64,000 nt of DNA from positions 899,914 through 963,913 of the forward strand of contig CBDDEC010000003.1 in the NCBI GenBank assembly GCA_965226785.1. The letters run 5' to 3'. Source of the DNA: Dehalococcoidia bacterium. GTDB taxonomy: Bacteria; Chloroflexota; Dehalococcoidia; UBA2979. Positions 8,727 to 18,283 of this stretch are shown here, one piece after another. The notes below the pieces were generated by a model, which ran no database searches, had not been told where the DNA came from, and saw nothing but the letters and a program-made list of their open reading frames with translations. Position 1 is the first letter of the stretch. Every line of letters begins with the position of its first letter. The position numbers and the translations under genes are program-made.

Positions 8727-10133
8727 ATGGGTAACGAGCAGATCGCCCTGATAGCGCACTTCACGCGTCGCGTCGGCGTGGGAGCGACTCGCGACGAACT
8801 GGAGTCGCTCGCCGCGCGCCCCTACGAAGAGGTCGTCGAGGAGTTCCTGCAGCCGGAATCCCCCGGCTCTGATGCTGGGGAGCCAGACCGGGACGTCCTG
8901 GATCGGTACCTGCCCACATCGACCAGTCCGGAGGTGCCGACCGGCTGGGCATCGCGCTGGCTCTACAACCTCGCGAACAACCCTCGTCCGCTACGCGACA
9001 AGATGGCGCTGTTCTGGCACCAGGTGTTCGCGACGGCGTACTTCAAGGGTTCGCACGCCCGCTCGATCGTGATCCAGATCGACATGTTCCGCGCCAACGG
9101 CATGGGCACCATGCGGCAGATCCTCCTCGACCTGTCACGCGACCCGGCGATGATCCACTGGCTCGACAACTCCGAGAACCACGCGGACGCCGTCAATGAG
9201 AACTACGGTCGCGAGCTGCTGGAGCTGTTCTCGATGGGCGTCGGGAACTACAGCGAGGACGACATCAAGGCGGCGGCGCGCGCGTTCACGGGCTGGACGT
9301 TCACCCAGCCGGTGCCCCTCTACCCCTACAGCACGACCGACTCCGAGTTCCGCTTTGACCCCGCTGACCACGACACCGACGAGAAGACGTTCCTCGGCGA
9401 GACGGTCGTAGACGGCGAAGACGTGATCGACGTGATCGTGAGACAGGAGGCCTGTGCCCGCTTCATCGCGCGGCAGCTCTACAGCTTCTTCGTGGCGGAC
9501 GAAGCGCCCGTGCCCTCGTGGCACGACACGCCACCGCGCGACCCCGCGGCGGTGGCGATCCTCGCGGAGGCGTTCCGCGAGTCTGACGGCGACATCCGCG
9601 AGGTGATGCGGACGCTGCTGCTGTCCGACTTCTTCCGCAAGGCGCGCTTCACGCGGGTGAAGAGCCCGGCCGAGTTCATCGGCGGTGCGCTCAAGCTCTC
9701 CGGTGCGCCGCAGTTCCCCGACCTTTCGGTGGCGCACCTCTCGCGCGCTTCGCTCCTGATGGGTCAGGCGCTGATGGACCCGCCCTCCGTCGAGGGCTGG
9801 CACACCGGGCACGAGTGGCTCGACTCCGGCACGCTGACCGAGCGCGTCAACTTCGCGGTCTCGCAGGTGATGGACACCGACCGCCCGGGCGTCGCGGCGA
9901 TCATCGAACGCGTCGCGGCCGCTGGCGACGCCACGCCGGAGGCGCTGGTTGACCGCTGCCTCGAGCTCTGCGGACCCCTCGAGGTGAGCGACGAGACGCG
10001 CGCTACGCTGCTGGAGCGCGCTGGGGAGGGCGGTCCAGCGGTGTTCGATGGCGACGTCAGCGAAGCGGAGGCGGCTCGCATCGGCCGAATCCTGCAGCTG
10101 ATCGTAGCCGCACCCGAGTATCAGTTCGCGTAG
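8727..10133 (+). CDS. DUF1800 family protein
   Basis: KMALFWHQVFAT, DPAMIHWLDN, NENYGRELLELFSMG, ARAFTGW, PPSVEGW, PEYQ. Confidence 0.9.
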   Translation: MGNEQIALIAHFTRRVGVGATRDELESLAARPYEEVVEEFLQPESPGSDAGEPDRDVLDRYLPTSTSPEVPTGWASRWLYNLANNPRPLRDKMALFWHQVFATAYFKGSHARSIVIQIDMFRANGMGTMRQILLDLSRDPAMIHWLDNSENHADAVNENYGRELLELFSMGVGNYSEDDIKAAARAFTGWTFTQPVPLYPYSTTDSEFRFDPADHDTDEKTFLGETVVDGEDVIDVIVRQEACARFIARQLYSFFVADEAPVPSWHDTPPRDPAAVAILAEAFRESDGDIREVMRTLLLSDFFRKARFTRVKSPAEFIGGALKLSGAPQFPDLSVAHLSRASLLMGQALMDPPSVEGWHTGHEWLDSGTLTERVNFAVSQVMDTDRPGVAAIIERVAAAGDATPEALVDRCLELCGPLEVSDETRATLLERAGEGGPAVFDGDVSEAEAARIGRILQLIVAAPEYQFA

Positions 10134-10144
10134 CGAGGACAGCG

Positions 10145-11290
10145 ATGACCGCGAAACTCCAGAAGGCGCCCGTGCTTGTTGTCGTACAGCTCAACGGCGG
10201 CCTCGACTTCATGAACACGCTGATCCCGTATCAGAGCGGCGTCATACGCGACGCGCGCCCGAACGTGAGCCTCCCCCTCGAGGACACGCTGCCGATCGAC
10301 GATCAGCTCGCCTGGCATCCCGCGGCGCGGGCGTTCAAGGAGCTGTACGACGCGGGCGACCTGGCGGTGATCCAGGGTGTGGGCTGGGAGAACTCGGATC
10401 GCTCGCACTTCCGCGCGATGGACATCTGGCACACCTGCGAGCCGGATGAGATCGCCACCGAGGGCTGGCTCGCGAAGGTGACACGCGAGTTCGATGCCGG
10501 ATCGGAGAATCCGCTGACCGCTGTCAGCTTCGGCCGCGGATTGCCTCGTGCGCTCGCCGCGTCGGGCGTGACCGTGACCTCCGTGGGTGACCTCGATCAG
10601 TTCGGGTTGATGACAGACGTCGAGGCGGAGGAGGAGCGGGTCAAGGACCTCGACAGCTTCCGCCGCATGTACACACCGGTTGGCACCGGGATCGTGCAGG
10701 ACTACCTGGCGCAGACCGGGCGCAGCGTACTGAAGAGCGCCGACATGCTGAAGGACGTGCCCGGGCGCTACTCGTCCGAGGTCGAATACGCGCCGAACCC
10801 GATCGCGCAGGCGCTGCGCGACGTAGCCCGCGTTCACACCGCGGGGCTGGGGACGCGCATCTTCTACACGCAGCATGCGGGCTACGACCTGCACTCGAAC
10901 GAGTCGACGATGTTGCCGGGGCTGCTCACCGAGTTGACCGAGGCGGTCAGTGACTTCATGCAGGATCTACGGGAACACGACGCCTCGGATGAGGTGGTGG
11001 TGCTCGTCTTCTCCGAGTTCGGTCGTCGCATCAAGGACAACGGCTCTGGTACGGATCACGGCTCCGGCGGCGGCGCTTACCTGATCGGCGACCGCGTCGA
11101 GGGTGGCCTGTACGCCGAGTACCCCTCGATCGATCCGCAGGATTGGCTCTACGGCGAAGACCTGCGCCACACGATCGACTTCCGCAGCATCTACGCGACG
11201 CTGCTGGACCAATGGCTGGGTGTCGATTCGGTCCCGGTCGTGGGTGGCGCCTTCGAGCAGATCAACCCCTTCCAGCACTCAGTCGCGTGA
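10145..11290 (+). CDS. DUF1501 family protein (no Tat signal)
   Basis: LVVVQLNGGLD, RSHFRAMDIW, GYDLH, FSEFGRR...NGSGTDHG, DFRSIYAT. Confidence 0.9.
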   Translation: MTAKLQKAPVLVVVQLNGGLDFMNTLIPYQSGVIRDARPNVSLPLEDTLPIDDQLAWHPAARAFKELYDAGDLAVIQGVGWENSDRSHFRAMDIWHTCEPDEIATEGWLAKVTREFDAGSENPLTAVSFGRGLPRALAASGVTVTSVGDLDQFGLMTDVEAEEERVKDLDSFRRMYTPVGTGIVQDYLAQTGRSVLKSADMLKDVPGRYSSEVEYAPNPIAQALRDVARVHTAGLGTRIFYTQHAGYDLHSNESTMLPGLLTELTEAVSDFMQDLREHDASDEVVVLVFSEFGRRIKDNGSGTDHGSGGGAYLIGDRVEGGLYAEYPSIDPQDWLYGEDLRHTIDFRSIYATLLDQWLGVDSVPVVGGAFEQINPFQHSVA

Positions 11291-11303
11291 GGGGCGGCAG
11301 GCG

Positions 11304-12341
11304 ATGACCACCAACGGTGCCAGTTCAGTCGACGCGGTCGAGCAGGGCGAGTTCGAGGCGTTGCTGCGCGCCGGGTTCCCGTACGAAACGACCATCGGGA
11401 TGCGGCGCGTGACGTGGTATCCGATCGACATCGCCCTCGGCGAGGAGGGGCGGGTCTATTGCCTGCGGCGCGGACCGTTCGAGGTCGGCGGCGTGATCTG
11501 CATGATCAACCGTGACGACAAAAACCTCGGCGTGATCGACGTCGGGTGGACATGGCCCGTCGGGATCGTTCGGGACGCCGAAGAGCGGCTGTACGTCTCG
11601 GACGAGGCGCAGCACAACATCACCATCGTCAATCGCGAGGGCGAGCAGCTGGGGCAGTGGGGCGAGCATGGCAGCGCGCCCGGCCAGCTCGATCGCCCGG
11701 CGCAGATGGCGTTCGACGCGGAGGGCCACCTGCTGGTGGCGGACGCGATGAACCATCGTATCCAGCGCTTCACCGTCGACGGCGAGTACATCGACGGCTT
11801 CGGTAGCTACGGCAGCGCGCCCGGCGAGTTCGACATGCCGTGGGGCATTGCCCTCGACGAGTCGGGCTGCATCTACGTGGGCGACTGGCGCAACGATCGG
11901 GTGCAGAAGCTGAGCCCGACCGGCGAGCCGCTGATGACCTTCGGCTCGAGCGGGGACGGCGAGGGCGAGCTGAACCGCCCCGCTGGCGTCGCGGTCGACC
12001 AGCACGGTGACATCTACGTGGCCGACCGAGGCAACAACCGCGTCATGCTCTTCGACCGGCAGGGCCGCTACGTCGAGCAGTTCATCGGCGACGCCACGAT
12101 CTCAAAGCTCGGGCGGGTGTACCTCATGGCGAACGCCAAGGTGCTGCGCCTCCGCGAGATGTCCGTCCTCGAGGACCAGAAGCGCTTCCGCGCGCCGGCC
12201 TCGGTGCGGGTTGATGGTGACCGGCTCTTCGTCGCCGACTTCGGCTTCCATCGGGTGCAGATCTACCGCAAGGAGGCCTATCCGCTCACCGCCGCCGAGG
12301 TGATGCCGCACCCCGGGGCTCCCAACCTCTTTACCGTCTGA
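11304..12341 (+). CDS. NHL-repeat beta-propeller protein
   Basis: Repeated G..GS.PG.(L/F)..P.G.A.D..G.IYV.D..N.RVQ units. Confidence 0.9.
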   Translation: MTTNGASSVDAVEQGEFEALLRAGFPYETTIGMRRVTWYPIDIALGEEGRVYCLRRGPFEVGGVICMINRDDKNLGVIDVGWTWPVGIVRDAEERLYVSDEAQHNITIVNREGEQLGQWGEHGSAPGQLDRPAQMAFDAEGHLLVADAMNHRIQRFTVDGEYIDGFGSYGSAPGEFDMPWGIALDESGCIYVGDWRNDRVQKLSPTGEPLMTFGSSGDGEGELNRPAGVAVDQHGDIYVADRGNNRVMLFDRQGRYVEQFIGDATISKLGRVYLMANAKVLRLREMSVLEDQKRFRAPASVRVDGDRLFVADFGFHRVQIYRKEAYPLTAAEVMPHPGAPNLFTV

Positions 12342-12368
12342 CGATTCCGCCTCAAGGATCGCCGCCGG

Positions 12369-14807
12369 TTACTCCGGCGGCATGTCGCCAGTCACGCCGG
12401 CCGCCACAAGCTCCTCGTACTCGCTCGCTGTCATGCCCAGCTCCTGCTCGAAGACCTCGAAGCTGTGCTCGCCCATCGCCGGCGAGGGCCGTGTCGCCTC
12501 GATGGTTTGTCCGGAGAGGCGCCACGGCGCGACGGCGAGCGTGTCGAGGCCGGCTTCCGCGTGCTCGACCTCCTGGACGAAGCCGCGCGCCCGCAGCTGA
12601 GGATCCGGATCGTCGAGGACGGCCGTTAGCTCGACGACCCGCGCGGCCGGGCACCCGATTCGACGCAGCGTGTTGGCGGTGTCGTTCGCTCGTTGATCGG
12701 CGCACCAGGCGCCGACCACCGCGTCGAGCTCGTCCTCGTGACGCTTGCGGGCGGTGGCGTCGGCGAAGCGGGCGTCAGCAGCAAGCTCCGGACGCCCGAG
12801 GTGCGCGGCGAGCGCTTGCCACGCCTCGTCGCTCTCGGCGGCGAGCGCGAGCCAGCCGTCGGCCGCGGCGTAGATGCCGTGCGGCGCATGCCGAGGATGC
12901 CGGTTGCCGATCGGGCGGCGCGTGCGCCCGTTCGCCGCCTGTTCGAGGACGGCATCGCCGAGGTGGGCGGACATGGCATCCATCATCGAGAGGTCGATGT
13001 ACTGTCCCTCGCCGGTGCGGGCGCGATGGTGCAACGCGACCAGGATCGCGGAGGCGAAGTGCATGCCGCCGACCGGGTCGGGAATGAGACCGCCCGTGTT
13101 CTGGGCCGGCCCGTCGAGGTAGCCAGTCACGGATGACAGCCCCGACATCGGCTCGATCGTTCCACCGTTTGCGGGGTAGGCCGAGTACGGACCGGTCGCT
13201 CCGTAGCCCGAGAGCGCGGCGAAGATCACGTCGGGGCGCGCGTCGCGCATCGCCTCGAAGGTCACGCCCCAGTTCGCGAGCGTATGCGGGCTGAAGCTCT
13301 CGGCGAACACATCGAACTTCGGCGCCAGGCGCCAGAACAACTCAGCGCCGCGCGGATCGCCCATGTCGAGGGTGATCGCACGCTTGTTGATGTTCGTGCC
13401 GTTGTAGAGCCCGATCACGTTCCACGCGCGCTGGCGTCGGTCCGGGTCGAGCCTTCTCGTCGAGATTGGTGCGTCGTAGCCACCCGAGTAGGTGCGCCAC
13501 ACGTCGGGGCGACGCCTCGCCTCGATCTGCACGACGTCGGCGCCGAGGAGTGCCAGCAGCTCTGTGCCGAGCGGTCCCGACCACGCCTGCGTGAAGGTGA
13601 GGACGCGCACACCCTCGAGGGGCGCGGTGGCAGGCGGCGCCTTTGCTGGCGGCTGGGCTGCGCGGGATCTCGGGGGCTCGTCGCGACGTTCGCGGTCGTG
13701 CTCGCCGAGCTTCGGCGCGGGCAAGCGGAGACGCCATGGCGTGCCGCTCAGGCGCGCCGGTGCGCCCGGGATGCGCAGCGGGCGGTCGTCGAGCTTCGTT
13801 TCGACGAAGTAGTCCCGTGCTGCCGAGTGTGGGTTGTCGAGGAGATCCGCGATGTTCTGCACGACCCCGCTGACCGAGCGCACGGTCGAGAGCGCCTCGA
13901 AGACCTCCCATCGCGACAGCTCGGCGATGCGCGTTTCGATACGGGGGCGAATGCTCGCCAGGTGCTCGCGACGCGCCGCCGGATCGTCGAACCCGTCGTC
14001 GGCGAGCTCGCTGAGTCCGAGGACGTGCATCGCGTCGGTCCAGAACGGGCCCTGCCCGAACCCGGCGACCAGTTCACCGTCGCGCGCGCGTAAGAAGCCG
14101 GGGCCGTCTCGGACGTGCCGATGAACCGCGGCGGTAAACCCCTCCAGCCCTTCGTAGATCAGCGCCAGTGACCATGGGGCGGTGCTCACCACCATCGCCT
14201 CGAGTTCGCTGGCGTCGACGATGGAGCCCTCCGCTGACACGTCGCGGCGTGCGAGCGCGCCGAGGGCGCCAACGAAGGCCGACACGCCGGCGAGGTAGCT
14301 GCTCTGGTGCGAGGGAAGCTGGAGCGGCGGCTCGCCCTCGTACCCGCAGATGTCAGCCCAGCCGCTCATCGCCGAGAGGGTGAGGTCGTTGCCGGGCGCT
14401 CCTGCCAGCGGGCCGTCGAGGCCGTACGGGGTGACCGAGACGTGCAAGGCGTTGTCCCGCCGTGCCTCCAGCGCTTCGTCCAGCGTGTCGGGAAGCGGCG
14501 CGGCGGTGGTCACGATCACATCGGTGGCCGCGACCTCGGCCGCCAGGCTCGCGCCGTCGAAGGTCCGCGAGCGTTTGTTGGCGTTGACGAAGGCGTGGAG
14601 CAGTGAGCGCTCGGGACCAGCGACATCGTCGAGGAAGGGTGGCTCGCGCCGCAGGGGGTGGCCGGCGGGTGATTCGAGCAGCGTGACCTTGGCGCCGAAG
14701 TCGCCGAAGAGGCGTGCGCAGAAGGCGCCTGACAGGCGGTCCGACAGGTCGAGCACTCTCAGGTCGCTGAGGGCACTCGACGCCGGTGTGGTGCGGTCGC
14801 CTACCAC
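12369..14807 (-). CDS. Family III CoA-transferase (CaiB/BaiF), tandem two-domain; start uncertain
   Basis: LSDLRVLDLS...FGDFGAKV...NANKRS and LEGVRVLTFTQAWSGP...LGADVVQIE...NINKRAITLD, TGEGQYIDLSM; probable GTG start overlapping the upstream stop. Confidence 0.88.
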   Translation of the reverse strand: MVGDRTTPASSALSDLRVLDLSDRLSGAFCARLFGDFGAKVTLLESPAGHPLRREPPFLDDVAGPERSLLHAFVNANKRSRTFDGASLAAEVAATDVIVTTAAPLPDTLDEALEARRDNALHVSVTPYGLDGPLAGAPGNDLTLSAMSGWADICGYEGEPPLQLPSHQSSYLAGVSAFVGALGALARRDVSAEGSIVDASELEAMVVSTAPWSLALIYEGLEGFTAAVHRHVRDGPGFLRARDGELVAGFGQGPFWTDAMHVLGLSELADDGFDDPAARREHLASIRPRIETRIAELSRWEVFEALSTVRSVSGVVQNIADLLDNPHSAARDYFVETKLDDRPLRIPGAPARLSGTPWRLRLPAPKLGEHDRERRDEPPRSRAAQPPAKAPPATAPLEGVRVLTFTQAWSGPLGTELLALLGADVVQIEARRRPDVWRTYSGGYDAPISTRRLDPDRRQRAWNVIGLYNGTNINKRAITLDMGDPRGAELFWRLAPKFDVFAESFSPHTLANWGVTFEAMRDARPDVIFAALSGYGATGPYSAYPANGGTIEPMSGLSSVTGYLDGPAQNTGGLIPDPVGGMHFASAILVALHHRARTGEGQYIDLSMMDAMSAHLGDAVLEQAANGRTRRPIGNRHPRHAPHGIYAAADGWLALAAESDEAWQALAAHLGRPELAADARFADATARKRHEDELDAVVGAWCADQRANDTANTLRRIGCPAARVVELTAVLDDPDPQLRARGFVQEVEHAEAGLDTLAVAPWRLSGQTIEATRPSPAMGEHSFEVFEQELGMTASEYEELVAAGVTGDMPPE

Positions 14808-17800
14808 GTCGGCAGGTTGGGCAGCCGGCCGCGGCGGATCGGCGTGGAGTCTGGCGCAGCGAGCAGCCCCTGTGTGAGCCAGTGCCGCGTCTCGACCGGG
14901 TCGATCACCGCGTCGACGCGGAACGTCGCGGCGGCGTTCAGCGCCCCTCCGCGCTCGTAGGCCTGCGCGACGAGGCGCTCGTACTCGGCCGCGCGCTCCT
15001 CGATGTCCTCGATTGCAGCCAGCTCGTCGCGGTTGGAGAGGCGCACGGCGGCCTCGAGGTTCATGCCACCGAACTCGGCGGTCGGCCAGGCGACGGTGAA
15101 CGAGGGGGCGCGCTCGCTGCCGAAGAGGATCGTGTTGGCGCCGAGGCCGTAGCACTTGCGCAGGATGATGCTGAAGCGCGGCGTTCGCACGTTGCCCAGC
15201 GTGACGACGAGGTTGCTCGTGCGCCGCACCAGCGCCGTCTTCTCCGCTTCGGGCCCGATCATCATGCCGGGCGTGTCGACCATCGTGACGAGCGGGATGT
15301 TCCACGAGTCGCACATCTTCGCGAAGCGGGACGCCTTGTCCGACCCGAAGCTCTCGATCGAGCCGCCGAGGTGCTCGTTGTTGTTGGCGATCACCCCGAC
15401 CGGGCGACCCTCGATGCGCACGAACGCGGTCACCATCCCGTGGCCGTAGTCGGGGCGCAGTTCCAACACCGAACCGCTGTCCGCCATCACCTCGATCACC
15501 GAGCGAACGTCGTAGGCGCTCAGCCGGTTCTCCGGGATCGCGTGACGAAGCAGGCGCTGGTCGGCGCACTCCCAGTCGTCGATCGGGCCCTGGAAGTAGG
15601 AGAGGTACTGCTTGGCGACGGCCATCGCTTCCGCCTCGTCCTTGACGAGGACGTCGACGGTGCCCGCCGGCACCTGGTCCGACATCGGGCCGATCTCCTC
15701 GGGCGAGTAGACGCCCATGCCACCGCCCTCGATCACGGCCGGGCCGCCCATGCCAATGTTGGCGTCCTCCGTCGCGATGATCACGTCGCAGATGCCGAGG
15801 ATGGCGGCGTTGCCCGCGTAGCAGCGTCCCGCGGTGACGCCGATGATCGGGACGGTGCCGCTGAGGCGCGCCATCAGCTCCCAGGTGCGGAAGACCATGC
15901 CGGGCATGCCGTCCGTGTCGCCAGAACGCCCTCCGGCGCCCTCAGCGATGAAGATCAGCGGCAGCGCGAACTCCTCGGCGACCTCCATCATGCGGTCGGT
16001 CTTGGCGTGCCCACGGATGCCCTGCGTACCGGCGAAGACGGCCTCGTCGTAGGAGATCACGGCGGTGCGTGCTCGTTGTGCGTCGAAGAGGTTGCCGTTG
16101 ACGGCGCCGATGCCGGCGACGAGGCCGTCGGCCGGCGTCTTGCGCATCAGCTCCTCTTCTGACCGTCGCTTGCTCTGGGCGGCGACGACGAGGTCCCCGT
16201 ACTCGATCCACGTCCCGTCATCGACCAGGTCCGCGAGGTTCTCGCGCAGCGTGCGCTTGCCCTTCGAGTGGCGGCGCTCGACCGCCTCCGGGCGATGCTC
16301 GTCGAGCAGGAACCGACGCCGATCGTGGATCGCCTGCAGCTCCGGGCGGATGTAGTCGAGGTCGGGCGGTGCGGACGCGTCCTCCGCGGGGCCGCCGACC
16401 TCTGCGGCCTCGAGGAAGGCGAGCGGGTGATCCTCGTAGACGGTGTCGCCGACGCTGACCGTGAGTCGCCGCAGGAGCCCGCCGAAGGTGGCGGGCACGA
16501 GGTGTTCCATCTTCAGCGCCTCGAGGACGAACACGACCTGCCCCTCGCGGATCGCGTCGCCCTCGGCGGCCAGGATCTCGCGGACGGTGCCCTGGATCGG
16601 CGCGCGCAGGGGCTCGGTGTTCGGCGGCCCGACGGGCTCCGGCGTGTCGGCTCGTGCGCCCATCGTGACCACCGAGGAGCCATCGCCGGAGCGAAAGAAG
16701 TCGAGGCCGGCCAGCGGGTCGACCGGACCCTCGCTGGCGGTGCCGGAGGTGGGGGCGGCCGTAGGCGTCGCCTGCGAGGCCTCGATCAGGTGGCCCGCGT
16801 GGTCATCGACCCAGCGTGTGTGGATGCGGCCGGCGGCGAAGTCCTCGTGCGCGATCAAGGCTGCGAGGAAGTCGCGATTCGTTGCCGGGCCGGCGATCTG
16901 GAATGCCGCGAGTGCGAGCGACAGCCGTCGGATGGCAGCTTCGAACGATGTGCCGTTCGAGTGCACGATGACCTTGGCCAGCAGCGAGTCGAAGTTGGGG
17001 CTCGACGTATAGCCAGCATAGCCGTGCGTGTCGACGCGGACGCCGAGGCCGGAGGGCGGGAGGAAGGTCGTCAGCGCGCCGCCGGTGGGGCGGATGCCGC
17101 CGCCTGCTTCCATCTGTTCGAGGTTGATGCGCGCCTGGATCGCGTATCCGCGTGGGCTCCGGGCTTGCTCGAGGCCGAGGGCAGCCAGTGACTCGCCGCC
17201 GGCGATCCTCAACTGCGCCTGCACGAGATCGACGCCTGTCACCTCCTCGGTGACTGTGTGCTCCACCTGGAGGCGTGCGTTCGCCTCGATGAACACGCAA
17301 TCGCCGCGATCGAGGTCGACGAGGAACTCGAATGTGCCGACGCTGGCGTACGCGGCCGCCGCCGCCAGGCGGACCGCATGCTCGGTCACGGCGTCACGCA
17401 GCTCGTCGCTGAGCCAGGGGCTCGGGGCGATCTCGACCAGCTTCTGGTGGCGACGTTGGACGCTGCACTCGCGTTCGCCGAGGTGGATGACCGCGCCGCT
17501 CGCGTCGCCGATGACCTGGACCTCGATGTGTCGGGCGCGCGCGATCAGGCGCTCCGCGTAGACGTCGCCGCTGCCGAAGGCGGCCAGAGCCTCCGACTGG
17601 CAGCGCGCGAGCGTCTCCTCGACCTCGGAGGGATCGGTCACCACGCGCATGCCGCGACCGCCGCCGCCGCTCACGGCCTTCAGCAACATCGCGTCGCCGT
17701 CCTCGAGGTCTTCGAGGAATGCACGTGCGCCGGACGCGTCGAGCGGTCCGTCGACGCCGGGCGGGACGGGGACGTTGTGCTCCCCCGCGAAGCGGCGCGC

Positions 17801-18154
17801 GCGGGCCTTGTCGCCGAACAGTGCGAGCGCTTCGACCGAGGGGCCAACGAACGTCAGCCCCGCGTCGGCGCAGCGTTGGGCGAACTCGGCGCTCTCGGCG
17901 AGGAACCCGTACCCGGGGTGGACCGCGTCACAGCCGGCCTCGACGGCCGCGCTCACGATCTGTTCGGCGTCGAGGTAGGCGCGCGCGCCGGTGCCCTCGA
18001 GCGCGATCGCTGCCGTGCCGACGTGGGCGTGGAGCGAGGCGGCATCGTCTTCGGAGTAGACGGTGAGGGCCGGCAAGTCCAGCTCTGCGGCCGCCCGCGC
18101 GATCCGAACGGCGATTTCGCCTCGGTTCGCGATCAGCAGCTTCGCCAGCGCCAT
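14801..18154 (-). CDS. Single-chain biotin-dependent acyl-CoA carboxylase (BC-BCCP-CT fusion)
   Basis: Same BC motifs; EALKME biotinyl motif; CT domain; paralog of 2093-5473. Confidence 0.93.
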   Translation of the reverse strand: MALAKLLIANRGEIAVRIARAAAELDLPALTVYSEDDAASLHAHVGTAAIALEGTGARAYLDAEQIVSAAVEAGCDAVHPGYGFLAESAEFAQRCADAGLTFVGPSVEALALFGDKARARRFAGEHNVPVPPGVDGPLDASGARAFLEDLEDGDAMLLKAVSGGGGRGMRVVTDPSEVEETLARCQSEALAAFGSGDVYAERLIARARHIEVQVIGDASGAVIHLGERECSVQRRHQKLVEIAPSPWLSDELRDAVTEHAVRLAAAAAYASVGTFEFLVDLDRGDCVFIEANARLQVEHTVTEEVTGVDLVQAQLRIAGGESLAALGLEQARSPRGYAIQARINLEQMEAGGGIRPTGGALTTFLPPSGLGVRVDTHGYAGYTSSPNFDSLLAKVIVHSNGTSFEAAIRRLSLALAAFQIAGPATNRDFLAALIAHEDFAAGRIHTRWVDDHAGHLIEASQATPTAAPTSGTASEGPVDPLAGLDFFRSGDGSSVVTMGARADTPEPVGPPNTEPLRAPIQGTVREILAAEGDAIREGQVVFVLEALKMEHLVPATFGGLLRRLTVSVGDTVYEDHPLAFLEAAEVGGPAEDASAPPDLDYIRPELQAIHDRRRFLLDEHRPEAVERRHSKGKRTLRENLADLVDDGTWIEYGDLVVAAQSKRRSEEELMRKTPADGLVAGIGAVNGNLFDAQRARTAVISYDEAVFAGTQGIRGHAKTDRMMEVAEEFALPLIFIAEGAGGRSGDTDGMPGMVFRTWELMARLSGTVPIIGVTAGRCYAGNAAILGICDVIIATEDANIGMGGPAVIEGGGMGVYSPEEIGPMSDQVPAGTVDVLVKDEAEAMAVAKQYLSYFQGPIDDWECADQRLLRHAIPENRLSAYDVRSVIEVMADSGSVLELRPDYGHGMVTAFVRIEGRPVGVIANNNEHLGGSIESFGSDKASRFAKMCDSWNIPLVTMVDTPGMMIGPEAEKTALVRRTSNLVVTLGNVRTPRFSIILRKCYGLGANTILFGSERAPSFTVAWPTAEFGGMNLEAAVRLSNRDELAAIEDIEERAAEYERLVAQAYERGGALNAAATFRVDAVIDPVETRHWLTQGLLAAPDSTPIRRGRLPNLPTW

Positions 18155-18283
18155 TTACGGCTCCTCGATCCGCGGAGTCTGCGCAGCATAGACGGTTCGT
18201 TGCGGCCGATCCGGATTGGCTCCGGCGTTCGCGGACGCGTAGATTCAGCGCAACTGGGATCGATTGCATGAAGCGAGCCTGCG

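Noticed and set aside
14808..15569. N-terminal extension of the 1066-aa CoA-transferase ORF
   Set aside because: Overlaps the carboxylase in another frame and is Arg-rich noise; homology starts near 14790.
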